From Candidatus Thorarchaeota archaeon (GTDB lineage Archaea; Asgardarchaeota; Thorarchaeia; Thorarchaeales; Thorarchaeaceae), in the NCBI GenBank assembly GCA_011364985.1, contig RDOC01000002.1:32001-96000 (forward strand): 64,000 nt of DNA. The letters are read 5' to 3'. This document shows positions 1 through 9,598 of the stretch, piece after piece; the stretch's first letter is position 1; every line of letters starts with the position of its first letter. Made by a program: the position numbers and the translations under genes. Below the pieces are notes generated by a model. It saw only the letters and a list, made by a program, of their open reading frames with translations, was not told the origin of the DNA and ran no database searches.

Positions 1-545
1 TCGTTCATTGTAGCATCGTAGGATTTCTGGTCACCTCTCTTTCTGGATATGCTGGTACGTATGCGTGTGGCCTCTTTGATTCCAAAGTCTGCAACTAGAA
101 ACAGCTCAGCAGTTCCGTCCTCAATAGTGACAAGAAGACAGACCGGTCTCAATCCAGCTTTTTGTGCCTCTTCCAGCCTAGTAAGAAGATACTTCGGCCA
201 ATGCTCCTTAATTATGGTAAGTGTATTGCCTACTTCTACGTTGAAGGTATGATATGCCCCTATATTCACCAAGTCACTCGGTCCTTCCTTAATTATGCCT
301 TTGATTCGTACTCGGTTTGAAAAGGCATGAAATGATACATCGTCCACCTGAAGAATAAGTGTCATTGGTTTTCGAACGCTCTCTTGTTTGCGGCTATCCT
401 CATCACCCACTTTGACTCGCCGTGTTGTTCTGGATACTACAATATCACCAGGGCTGACAACGTTGTACAGGTGCCAAAGGTCATCTAATACTTCGATTTT
501 TAGTGATATTTTTCCCTCTTTTAGAACCCGTTTAAGTATCTTCAA
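1..545 (-). CDS. pelA: Pelota/Dom34 ribosome rescue factor (5' part; runs off the window start)
   Basis: Manual translation of the minus strand from TTG at 545 gives LKILKRVLKEGKISLKIEVLDDLWHLYNVVSPGDIVVSRTTRRVK...RVRIKGIIKEGP...GAYHTFNVE, with the pelota DDLWHLYN and G.YHT motifs. Not in the ORF track because it is truncated. Confidence 0.93.
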   Translation of the reverse strand, partial: MKILKRVLKEGKISLKIEVLDDLWHLYNVVSPGDIVVSRTTRRVKVGDEDSRKQESVRKPMTLILQVDDVSFHAFSNRVRIKGIIKEGPSDLVNIGAYHTFNVEVGNTLTIIKEHWPKYLLTRLEEAQKAGLRPVCLLVTIEDGTAELFLVADFGIKEATRIRTSISRKRGDQKSYDATMN

Positions 546-572
546 GATGACATCACACCAAGAAAGCTCTGC

Positions 573-2042
573 TTAGAAGAAATAGTCTTCGTACCTACTA
601 TGTTCTTTGTTCGGATTGGTATTTCTTGGATGTCGTGACTCCAACAAGGTTAGGCCTTGACTCAAAGCCTCGGCTTTCTTTACATGAGAGTTCTCAACAA
701 GATTGTGCCCATCTTGAACAGCCAGATCGCCCGAGATACGAATGATTCCACCTAGTTCTCGTAGTCTAAGTGTGAAAGCATTATGTTGGCCATCAATCCT
801 TCTCGCAATGTCTTTGGCAATCTCAAGCACGGAGAGAACAGCTTCAGAGCTAAGGTGGGGAATTCGTCTATCTTCTATTACTGTCTGTGCAATAAATCGA
901 ACAAGATTGTTCGCGTTTTGTGGCGTCTTTGGCATCCAGTGATTGAGCATTATCTCATACCCATAGCCGCGAATACGGGAGCGCAGAGGAGGCAAGATAA
1001 ACTTCAAGTCCTCCATGTTACAGGAAGCAAAGAGAAGAAAGTCACAAGGTACATCATCCACACGAATTGCTGCTCCAGAGCTTGTAGGGTTGTGCCCAGA
1101 TATCGGATACTTTCGCTCCTGCATCGCAGTGAGCAAGTACTTCTGAAGAATACCGAGTGCAGCAATCTCATCGACATAGAGTATTCCCTCATGTGCTTCA
1201 TGAATAGCACCTGGTATGACTCTCATGTGTGGTGCGATGCCAATGTCATCTGCCCCTCCATAGGGATCGTGACGCACATCGCCGAGAAGCTCTGTAGAAC
1301 TTGTTCCACTTACTCTAACAAATCTTGACGAATCATACGAAACGAGAACATTCATGGAGCTGTGTGAGTGTGTGAGTGCTTCAGCTTCGTTGTGGTCAAG
1401 AGGAGTTCGTAGAACCCGGATATTGTCAAGGCCCTCCCTGCGATAAGTGACTTTGAATGGATGGCCATCCAAATCTTCAATATACCAATCTTCTAGCAGG
1501 GCTGCCTCACTGGCAATATTGAACACACGAAGAAGACCAGAGTAAGATTTGTATTGCTGATAGCTTTCATAGCTTCTGTCACTTCGCTTAGGAGAGTCGC
1601 ATTCAATGCAAAGCTCTTGACTAGGTAGGGACAGACTATTACAGATTGGACACCGATATCCCATTCTTACTGCAATATCGAAGGGTAAGTCATCAGGCCG
1701 AACGTATTCATCAATGGTGTTCAAAGCATAGGGATTCGGGATGTCGTTCTTTTCTGTCCTTCGAACAAGTACCTTTGGTCGACTATCCTGTTCCAGATTA
1801 GGGAGAATGACAATTTCGGTTTCGGGTTCTGGCAGAAGAGAGAATGCAGCACTGGCAAGCATTGATTTCCCAATTCCAGGTTCTCCGCAGAGTAATACAT
1901 GTCTTCTCTGTGTGATAGCCGAACGAACTAGAGTAACCGCATGATCTTGACCGATTATCCTCTGAAACGGGTCATTGGTAGTGCATATTTCTGCCGTTGA
2001 TTCCCTACCTTCTAAAATCCAAGCAAGATCATCGAGTTTCAA
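573..2042 (-). CDS. LonB-type AAA+ ATPase with Zn-ribbon insert and no Lon protease domain
   Basis: IIGQDHAV, Walker A GEPGIGKS, LLGDVRHDPYGG, PGAIHEAHEGILYVDEI (Walker B), PLRSRIRGYGY and LRLRELGGIIR are archaeal Lon ATPase motifs. CPIC..CIEC insert. The ORF stops right after the helical subdomain. Confidence 0.85.
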   Translation of the reverse strand: MKLDDLAWILEGRESTAEICTTNDPFQRIIGQDHAVTLVRSAITQRRHVLLCGEPGIGKSMLASAAFSLLPEPETEIVILPNLEQDSRPKVLVRRTEKNDIPNPYALNTIDEYVRPDDLPFDIAVRMGYRCPICNSLSLPSQELCIECDSPKRSDRSYESYQQYKSYSGLLRVFNIASEAALLEDWYIEDLDGHPFKVTYRREGLDNIRVLRTPLDHNEAEALTHSHSSMNVLVSYDSSRFVRVSGTSSTELLGDVRHDPYGGADDIGIAPHMRVIPGAIHEAHEGILYVDEIAALGILQKYLLTAMQERKYPISGHNPTSSGAAIRVDDVPCDFLLFASCNMEDLKFILPPLRSRIRGYGYEIMLNHWMPKTPQNANNLVRFIAQTVIEDRRIPHLSSEAVLSVLEIAKDIARRIDGQHNAFTLRLRELGGIIRISGDLAVQDGHNLVENSHVKKAEALSQGLTLLESRHPRNTNPNKEHSRYEDYFF

Positions 2043-2173
2043 GTCTCACACGTCACTTGGAGATGGAAGTCTGGAGCAAAATCATAACTGTGAGTATTAC
2101 TCGACAAGATGGCGAATGAACTAAGGGATGAAATAATGGAAACCGGCCTATCTTTCATTAGAATTGGTCGGAA

Positions 2174-3445
2174 TTAGGCACCTATGTCATCGAAAGTGAC
2201 TATCTGAATACCTGTTACTCCCTTCTCAAGATCAGCTATTGCAGCGCCTATTAGTAGACTTGTCTTCTTTCGTTTCGCGATGTCTACAAGGCGTTGTGTG
2301 ATTACTCCATCAAATACCACAATATGCGGGTTTTCGAGGCCCTCAAGAACTCTTGCAAGGTCGGCAACACCACAATCTGCAATCACATTCTTCTCCTGAT
2401 CGAAGATCACGGCTTTGAAAGCTTCTTTAATCTCAATAGCCTTCTGTATGTAAACTTCATCTACTTCTATTGATTGTTTTCGCCGAGGTGCTCCTCTTCT
2501 TGAAACCTCTTCATCATCCTTCCGAGCCGGTACACGCCGGTCGGTTCTTCTTGAATGTGGCTCTCTCTTTGGTTTCGTTTCTTTTCTTCTTGACAGGGGT
2601 TGTTTATCACTCACCAGCGCCAGAGCTTGGTCTGCTGGGATTTGTGTTTGAAGAGCTTTGATTACTTCTCCCCGTGTTAGTTCTTCCACTTCTTTGCCTT
2701 CAGGAGCACGGGCGATGTAATCAACCCTAGCAACCTGCATCAATTCTCTGAGGATAAGGTCACCTCCCCTATCCCCATCAAGAAAAGCAATAATTTTCTT
2801 CTTGCTCTTCTTCGTCAGGTCAGCAATCGATTTCGATACGTGAGTGCCTTCTACAGCCACGGTATTCTCTATTCCGAACTTCATGAGATTGACAATATCA
2901 GCTCTTCCCTCAACAATGATTATCTCCTCAGCTCCTTCCATTCCAGGACCTGCTGGCAGGTTATCAGGACCGTACTTCGTGATTGTACCCTTTCGTCCTT
3001 TAGTGACTGCAGAAGTGATTTCTTCTGTCCCTGGTGCAATATCTTCTTCCCATCCTTTGAGAATACTGATAGCACGGCTAACAACCCTTCGCCTCTTCGC
3101 GCCCCTAATATCTTCAACCTTTTCCAATGTCACTTTGGCGGTACAAGGCCCCACCCTATCTACGGTTTCGAGAGAAGCGGCAAGTATTGCAGTCGCTGTC
3201 TTGTTGAGCGAAACAGGAATTACAATCTCTCCCTTGCTATTGCCCCCTGTGGAGCGTATTGCAATTTGAATTCGTCCGATTCTGCCGGTCCGTTGTAGTT
3301 CACGAAGATCTAATTCCTCGCCCAGAAGCCCCTCTGTCTGCCCAAATATGGCTCCAACAACGTCTGGTTTGTCTACTACTCCATCTATCTCAATCTTTGC
3401 TCTAATGACGTATTTTGCAGCACTTGAGTCAAAATCTGTACCCAA
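2174..3445 (-). CDS. dnaG: Archaeal DnaG-type primase / exosome-associated protein
   Basis: DVVGAIFGQTEGLLG, ELQRTGRIGRI, TOPRIM IIVEGRADI and FLDGDRGG. Confidence 0.95.
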   Translation of the reverse strand: MGTDFDSSAAKYVIRAKIEIDGVVDKPDVVGAIFGQTEGLLGEELDLRELQRTGRIGRIQIAIRSTGGNSKGEIVIPVSLNKTATAILAASLETVDRVGPCTAKVTLEKVEDIRGAKRRRVVSRAISILKGWEEDIAPGTEEITSAVTKGRKGTITKYGPDNLPAGPGMEGAEEIIIVEGRADIVNLMKFGIENTVAVEGTHVSKSIADLTKKSKKKIIAFLDGDRGGDLILRELMQVARVDYIARAPEGKEVEELTRGEVIKALQTQIPADQALALVSDKQPLSRRKETKPKREPHSRRTDRRVPARKDDEEVSRRGAPRRKQSIEVDEVYIQKAIEIKEAFKAVIFDQEKNVIADCGVADLARVLEGLENPHIVVFDGVITQRLVDIAKRKKTSLLIGAAIADLEKGVTGIQIVTFDDIGA

Positions 3446-4446
3446 CGATGAAATCTCCTATGAAATCCAGTGCCATAGACTCTCCCAAATCAAACTTAGG
3501 GCATTTTGCCCATTTCCTGTCTTTCTATTGACTCGGGAATACTTCTTCATACCCCCACCGGGAACTTGATTCGCTATGCGCCATTTCCCATTAAACATGC
3601 ATTGTGAGTATGTGATTTGATGAGTGATGAATGATAAGCGTCCTGTGCAATGGCTCAACAGTCCTCAGGAACCGGGATCAGTGTTTGTTCGAGGAATCTG
3701 TGGCACTTGTAATATGATGATTTGATAAGTTGTGGGTGTGACCAAATATTACTATATTTCAGAAACACCCTACATCTTAATCTGGGAGTACACGCTATTT
3801 GAAGCTGTCGTTAGAGTCATCATTAATATGCTCTTCATGGAGGATGGGCCAGATAATTGTGTGATACGCGCCAATTGATAAGGCTAATAACCACTGGGAG
3901 AGAATTAATTCATGTTCAGGAGAAATATCCCTCTTACGAGGGCGCGCTGAGGTTTGCACAATGAAGCGTTGCGCAAGAAGGGGGTAACAGTCTGAACAGA
4001 TGCCTGCCAAGGACCATTCGGACGAGCCATAACGGACTCGCGTGATGAGGATTTCTCCTTAGATGAGCCGCGGGTCACCCAGGCCTCGTACATTGGCAGG
4101 ACGGCCGATGTCATGAATGTCCAGCACGAGACAACTCAGCAGAGCCGGATGTATTTCTGATGCCATGATGCTGGGAGTTAGTGGTATGGAGTATAGATAT
4201 CGGCCACTTTCTAATTCTAGATAGCTATATTCTTAGTTTCTTCAATCTTCAGAATCTCCACTCGAGAGCCGGGAGCTTTTTCAGACACAAGCTCCACAGA
4301 CTTCTGAGTATCTGCTTTGATAACTGAACAAATCCAGCCATGGATATTCTCATATATCATTATTCGCTCGGAATAACTCTTCTTGGTTTTTCATATATGG
4401 AATATCTTAAGATGGAGAAAACATGCAGAATGAGAAGTGAATAGGT

Positions 4447-5352
4447 ATGGTTACCGCTCCTCATCCAGATTTTGTAGAAGCAGGTCGTATTGCGGCCAAA
4501 GTAATCGAGGAAGTAGCTAGAGAAGTTCGTCCGAGAGTCAAGGTTCTACGAATTTGTGCTCTTGCCGAAAGAAGGATACTGGAATATGTTGGGAAAAGAG
4601 GAGGAATTGCTTTTCCATGCAATGTTTCTATCAATGAAGAGGCCGCACATTATACAAGCCCTCGAGGAGATACGAAGATGTTTCCGGAACAGGGTCTTGT
4701 TAAAATCGATATTGGAGCACATGTAAATGGGCATATCTCTGATACAGCGGTGACAGTGGACCTTGATGGAACATTTGAAAAGTTCGTTGCCGCGGCCAAA
4801 TCATCTCTCGATGCAGCTATTGATGTTGTCCGTCCAGGAATACAGGTAGGTGAAGTGGGTGCAGAGATTGAGAAAACTATCAAGAGACACGGTCTCAAGC
4901 CAGTTCATCAGCTATCAGGACACCAGTTAAAACCATGGATATTGCATGCCGGAAAGAACGTTCCCAATGTGAGAATAAGGCGAAGTGCGGAAATGAAAGT
5001 CGGGGAAACTTACGCGATTGAACCTTTTGCGACCAATGGGAATGGTACGATAAGAAGTGGTGAGAATGCCTTCATATTTTCAAACAATATGTCAAACAAG
5101 AAGAAGCTTGATAGACTATCCGTTCAGATTCGAAATCAGACCAGACAACGGTTTGGCACATTGCCTTGGGCATCAAGATGGTTGAGAAGTCAGAAAGTTG
5201 ATACAAATACAATCATTGCGACCTTGGTTAAAGCTGGAGTAGTTAGGGAGTACCCAATTCTATACGAGGGCAGAAATGGCATGGTTTCGCAGTTTGAGCA
5301 TAGCATATTTGTTGGAGAAGATGGAGCCATTGTAACAACTCTTCGCAAGTAG
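4447..5352 (+). CDS. map: Type II methionine aminopeptidase (copy 1)
   Basis: AFPCNVSINEEAAHYT, KIDIGAHVNGHISDTA, LSGH..LHAG, YAIEPF, QFEHSI; all metal ligands present. Confidence 0.95.
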   Translation: MVTAPHPDFVEAGRIAAKVIEEVAREVRPRVKVLRICALAERRILEYVGKRGGIAFPCNVSINEEAAHYTSPRGDTKMFPEQGLVKIDIGAHVNGHISDTAVTVDLDGTFEKFVAAAKSSLDAAIDVVRPGIQVGEVGAEIEKTIKRHGLKPVHQLSGHQLKPWILHAGKNVPNVRIRRSAEMKVGETYAIEPFATNGNGTIRSGENAFIFSNNMSNKKKLDRLSVQIRNQTRQRFGTLPWASRWLRSQKVDTNTIIATLVKAGVVREYPILYEGRNGMVSQFEHSIFVGEDGAIVTTLRK

Positions 5353-5419
5353 TTTCGTCCAGCGTACATAAAACGGCTTAAGAATAGCAAGATGCATTTT
5401 GATGTAAGGGTGCATTCAA

Positions 5420-6316
5420 TTGCTCAAACCACATCCAGACGCCGTCAAGGCTGGAGAAATTGCAGCACGCGTTCTCAAAGAAACAAGAAAAATGGTCGAG
5501 CCTAATACAAAGATTATCCGGCTGTGTGTCCATGCTGAGAAGAGAATCGTTGAATACGGGGGAAAACCAGCATTCCCATTTAATGTATGTATCAACAATA
5601 TTGCCGCGCATCGAACATCGCCAAGAAATGATTCCGAAATCATACCTGAGTTTGGTCTTGTCAAGCTTGATGTTGGAGTACATGTGAATGGCTATATTGC
5701 TGATACTGGACTAACGGTTGATATTGATGGTTCACTAGAGGGGTTTCCGGCAGCAACTGATGACGCTCTTCAAGAAGCGTTTGCCCTGTTCAAGCCTGGT
5801 ATGAGCCTAAGCAAAGTTGGGAAGCAAATTGAGAGGACCATTGGGGCATACGGTCTTAGACCTGTGAAAGACCTCAGTGGACATAGTATTGCAAGATTCA
5901 AGCTGCATGCCGGCAAGAAAGTACCAAACATAGGAATGCGAAACCTTCCAACAATCGAAGCAGGAGAATACTATGCAATTGAGCCCTATGCAACCAGTGG
6001 TTCAGGTAGAGTAGTTGAAACAGATCACATCTTCATCTTCGCAAATAGGGGTAAAGCAGAACCCCTCGAAGGTACAACAGAAAAGCTACGATTATACCTT
6101 AGAGAGAAATATGGATCACTACCTTTTGCCATACGGTGGGTCAAGTCATCAAGTGCAAAAGTGAACTTGGTTGACGAGTTCAGAGAACTCTTGAAAAACA
6201 GAGCAATCAGGCCAATCCCTATGTTGGTGGAAAAGAGTACCAGGCCCGTGAGTATGTCGGAGCATACTATCTTTGTCTCTAAAGACGGGCCTGTGATCTT
6301 GACCAAGGTGAGCTAG
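5420..6316 (+). CDS. map: Type II methionine aminopeptidase (copy 2)
   Basis: AFPFNVCINNIAAH, KLDVGVHVNGYIADTG, LSGH..LHAG, YAIEPY, SEHTI. Confidence 0.93.
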   Translation: MLKPHPDAVKAGEIAARVLKETRKMVEPNTKIIRLCVHAEKRIVEYGGKPAFPFNVCINNIAAHRTSPRNDSEIIPEFGLVKLDVGVHVNGYIADTGLTVDIDGSLEGFPAATDDALQEAFALFKPGMSLSKVGKQIERTIGAYGLRPVKDLSGHSIARFKLHAGKKVPNIGMRNLPTIEAGEYYAIEPYATSGSGRVVETDHIFIFANRGKAEPLEGTTEKLRLYLREKYGSLPFAIRWVKSSSAKVNLVDEFRELLKNRAIRPIPMLVEKSTRPVSMSEHTIFVSKDGPVILTKVS

Positions 6317-6672
6317 ACTGTTGGAACGGGCTCTTCTTCTCGCACCATATAGACACCTTGAATTGTCATTGAACCTTGGCACTTCGGGCATTTGGTTTCG
6401 AGTGACTTTAGAATAAAGTCGCCCTTCTGAAAGTCTCTAATCTCCTTGAATGTGCACTCTGGGTTGTCACACGCAATCTCAGTGACAGTTGGGGGATTGG
6501 GTTTCTCCTCCTTCTTGCCACCGGCAGTGAGTAGTGAGAAGCCCATAGCCATAATTGTAAGGCCAAGGAAGTAGTAGATAATATTCATGTTCTGGTCTGA
6601 AGATCCTAAGAAGAACATGATGCCTCCTCCGACTACGAGCACAATTCCGAGTAGTTTTGAAATTACACCCAT
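6313..6672 (-). CDS. Small membrane protein with two TM helices and a C-terminal Zn-ribbon
   Basis: Two hydrophobic segments, then CDNPEC...CPKC; directly downstream of the DUF1512 gene. Confidence 0.7.
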   Translation of the reverse strand: MGVISKLLGIVLVVGGGIMFFLGSSDQNMNIIYYFLGLTIMAMGFSLLTAGGKKEEKPNPPTVTEIACDNPECTFKEIRDFQKGDFILKSLETKCPKCQGSMTIQGVYMVREEEPVPTV

Positions 6673-6683
6673 TTTTGGAACCT

Positions 6684-7805
6684 CTAAAGACCAATACCAA
6701 TCGTGTTCCCAATGCCTGCAAGGATTATTTTGTCACCAGGCTTGGTACGCTTCAGTATTGCTGTACGTATTCGCTCAATTACTTCAGGGACGGCATCTAA
6801 GATTTTTTTATCCATGACGCCAACTGCTGCAGCCTCATTTTCCTTGATGACAATAGCCTCGATGCCGATGTTATTCTCGGTTGCAGCCTGTTCCATTGCG
6901 TGCTTCTCTGGTCCAAGATCACCAATTGCTGCACCTGTTCCCTCAGATACCCTTCCGAGCTCTTCGCCCTCAAGTTTCAAGGCAGCATCGACGGTGATAA
7001 TTCGTGCAATTCTGCCTTTGTTTTGCTCTACAAGGGTCTTTACTGCAAGCCCAGGCTTACCAACAGTACCTCCAGGACCAGTTGCACGGAGAGCGTATAC
7101 TGTTCGCCCCTCTACTTCAACCGGATAATAGCCAACTTCGCGAGAGATTTCTGTAATATATGAGTCAGGAGTAGCTCCATACTCTCTTGCGAATCTTGTG
7201 ACCACAAGAGGGCCGATGCCATCACCTATCGGTTTTCCTTCGGAGAAGGCATCAAGCGAATCAAAGTAGGCTTTAGCAAGCAGTAGGATGTCCGGAAGCT
7301 GCATCTGCACTTGCATGATTATGAGTTGGCTGTTTGTCTTCTTGCCGAGAATATAGTAGTGACGCACAATTCGAAATACAAGACTAAGTACTTGGGTCAC
7401 TTCCAAAGTATTTTCCAAGGTCTGTAGCTCGGCTTGTGATGCCTCAGGAGCTAAGTCCGTTACAAACTCTTGAAAACGGTCTCTGCGCTCATCAAGAAGG
7501 TGGTCAAGTCGTTTTAGTATTCCCGCTGGGTCTAGGTCCACAGGCATGATAGTGAAATAGTCAAGCCAGCGGTCTAGCTCCTTGGCGACTTCTTCATCGC
7601 CCTTTCCATACCTCTTGAAGGTTTCAATGGCGGTTTCCCTAGATTCTAGTGCCATCTTCTTGAGCTCAATCAGTCCGGCTTCAATCTGCTTTAGCCATTG
7701 CCATATCTGAAACTTGGCACCATAAAGACTGAAAATGATGATGAATGCGAAGAAAGCCAGATTTATGATCCAGCTGAATTCGCTATCTGCTCCTATTCCC
7801 TGCAT
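6684..7805 (-). CDS. DUF1512 family protein
   Basis: N-terminal TM helix, PVDLDPAGI, PIGDGIGPLV, GPGGTVGKPG, IITVDAALKLEGE and C-terminal GIGNTIGIG. Confidence 0.85.
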   Translation of the reverse strand: MQGIGADSEFSWIINLAFFAFIIIFSLYGAKFQIWQWLKQIEAGLIELKKMALESRETAIETFKRYGKGDEEVAKELDRWLDYFTIMPVDLDPAGILKRLDHLLDERRDRFQEFVTDLAPEASQAELQTLENTLEVTQVLSLVFRIVRHYYILGKKTNSQLIIMQVQMQLPDILLLAKAYFDSLDAFSEGKPIGDGIGPLVVTRFAREYGATPDSYITEISREVGYYPVEVEGRTVYALRATGPGGTVGKPGLAVKTLVEQNKGRIARIITVDAALKLEGEELGRVSEGTGAAIGDLGPEKHAMEQAATENNIGIEAIVIKENEAAAVGVMDKKILDAVPEVIERIRTAILKRTKPGDKIILAGIGNTIGIGL

Positions 7806-7893
7806 CTGTATCAGCTCGACAAATTCCGGTTATGCTTTAACCCTTGTCATTTAGACATTCGGTTGTAGGTATATGAAGCTGATATGGAGAAGT

Positions 7894-8044
7894 AGTGGCA
7901 GCTTGCAGACCTGTCACGCGCTCGCGCAGCGAACATCTTCTGCAACGATCCTAGCATACGTCAGCCCGTGGAATGACTCCAGCAGCTTTTAACTTCCGAG
8001 TTCGGAATGGGATCGGGTGTGCCCTAGGACCTATGGCCGCCATC
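7894..8044 (-). rRNA. rrf: 5S rRNA (stand-alone) with a 33-nt internal insertion
   Basis: Minus strand reads GATGGCGGCCATAGGTCCTAGGGCACACCCGATCCCATTCCGAACTCGGAAGTTAA...CTAGGATC...GCTGCGCGAGCGCG...GCTGCCACT. Helix I TGGCGGC/GCTGCCA, conserved loop C CCATTCCGAAC, TTTAAAAA box about 25 nt upstream. Confidence 0.92.
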
Positions 8045-8227
8045 GAAGTAGGAGAGACGCCGTGAGTTTTTAAAGATTACCTTAGGTTCATGAATCTTCT
8101 TTCCACCAATGATGGGAAGTTATGCCTTGATGGGAAAAGACGTTTGCAACCCTTTCGATATCCTCGGATATACTATTCAGTCAAAGCTTTACACGCTTGC
8201 GCTTAACCAAATCATTAGGAGAAGCAA

Positions 8228-9054
8228 TTATACCCAGCTTAATTGCATTCTCTCCTGTGGCCGTCCATCTCCAAGAAACAGAAACTCTTCCATACTTTCC
8301 ATGGTAGTGGACAGAAACAGGTCTAGCCAAGACATGCACTCCAATTCTCTTGAGAATTCTAATTTCTCTTTGATGAGATTGATCGGATTGAAGTAAACTG
8401 CATCATAGAGTGTCTTAGCCATTGATGCATTGGGGTCGTCTGTATCTTTTAGACAAATCATCTCTCCAAAAGGTAACTTCCAGCTCCCATCTTCTGTTTT
8501 ACCCGTTTTAATGAAGACAACCTCTCTACTGCCTACACTAGGGGTTCATGGTCATAGGTGGAAGATTTATCACCTGCATGTAATGCCATAGAATGTCAGC
8601 AAGAAGAACGCCATGGTTTGAAATGGCCATCTTCTGGTATTGTATCCTCAATAAATGCACAAAGAGCGGTCCAAGAAAAGCCTTCAGCGAATTCTGTTCG
8701 AAGTTCTGGATTCTGAATTGTTTTATCATCTACTTCCAAACCAAGATACTGAACTATTATATTGAAGACATTCGACAAATAAGAGGAGTATAATCTCTGT
8801 TTCTCATTCCATATTGGATTCAGGGGAACATACCCAAACTCCTGCAAACCAAGCTCAATTTTGACTATTCTCTCGATATTTGACTCATAATAGTCAATTC
8901 CCTTCTTGTTTTCTTGGATGTTTCCATCACATAGAATTGTAACCACAAGACGTGCAAGCGCAATCTCGGAATCTACGCCTTCTAGAAATTTCGGATTTTC
9001 AATCCTCCCTGTACCTATGGAATTGCTTGCGACTGTGAACACACGACCTTCCAA
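8228..9054 (-). pseudogene. Fragmented LAGLIDADG-like endonuclease-domain gene
   Basis: ORF 8596-9054 has two LAGLIDADG-like helices (ARLVVTILCDG; CAFIEDTIPEDG). Coding signal continues in broken frames (8228-8461). Confidence 0.5.
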
Positions 9055-9598
9055 TTGCGCAAGTAAGAGTCCTGTGAGACTGAGAAGAAATCGAAGGTTC
9101 GTTTTATGAATACGGTAGAGTTGCCCTTTATCATTGATGGCATCTAACCGTTCAAGATCATGATGCCAGAATAATACTTGGCTGTGAGTCAGAATCTGGC
9201 TGTGAACCCAGACTGTGAAATCATGGAGAATTATGTGGGAACAATGACAAAGCCTTGGCAGCCTAGAAATGCGAGGAATGGAAAACAGGGAGTCCGACTC
9301 TTGCTTATATGTACCATAATTTCGCTTATTGGCAAATATTTACAAATTGGGATGCTGTGGGAACACACGGGTTTCTGCCTTGTTAGGATCCTAATTGCCC
9401 GACTCCACTAGATTCCTTGATATGACCCTGAGAACCACCGAGAAGATTCCTTGGCGATATATGGGAGCTAGTATTTCTATCAAGAAGCGTCATCGGAAGG
9501 GAGTGTCAACAGCAGGATTGATATACAAGTCATTTGATTTAAGACAGGGCTGTAAGACTGCTGTGATTTCACGGAAAGAACTGAAATGAGGAAGGAGT

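Noticed and set aside
742-3298. Numerous 60-180 aa ORFs antisense to the Lon-like ATPase and dnaG (similar shadows occur throughout the window)
   Set aside because: They lie opposite well-supported genes and have no recognisable motifs.
3900-4150. RNase P or SRP RNA candidate
   Set aside because: Could not find the GAGGAAAGUCC/P4 or SRP helix 8 signatures on either strand.
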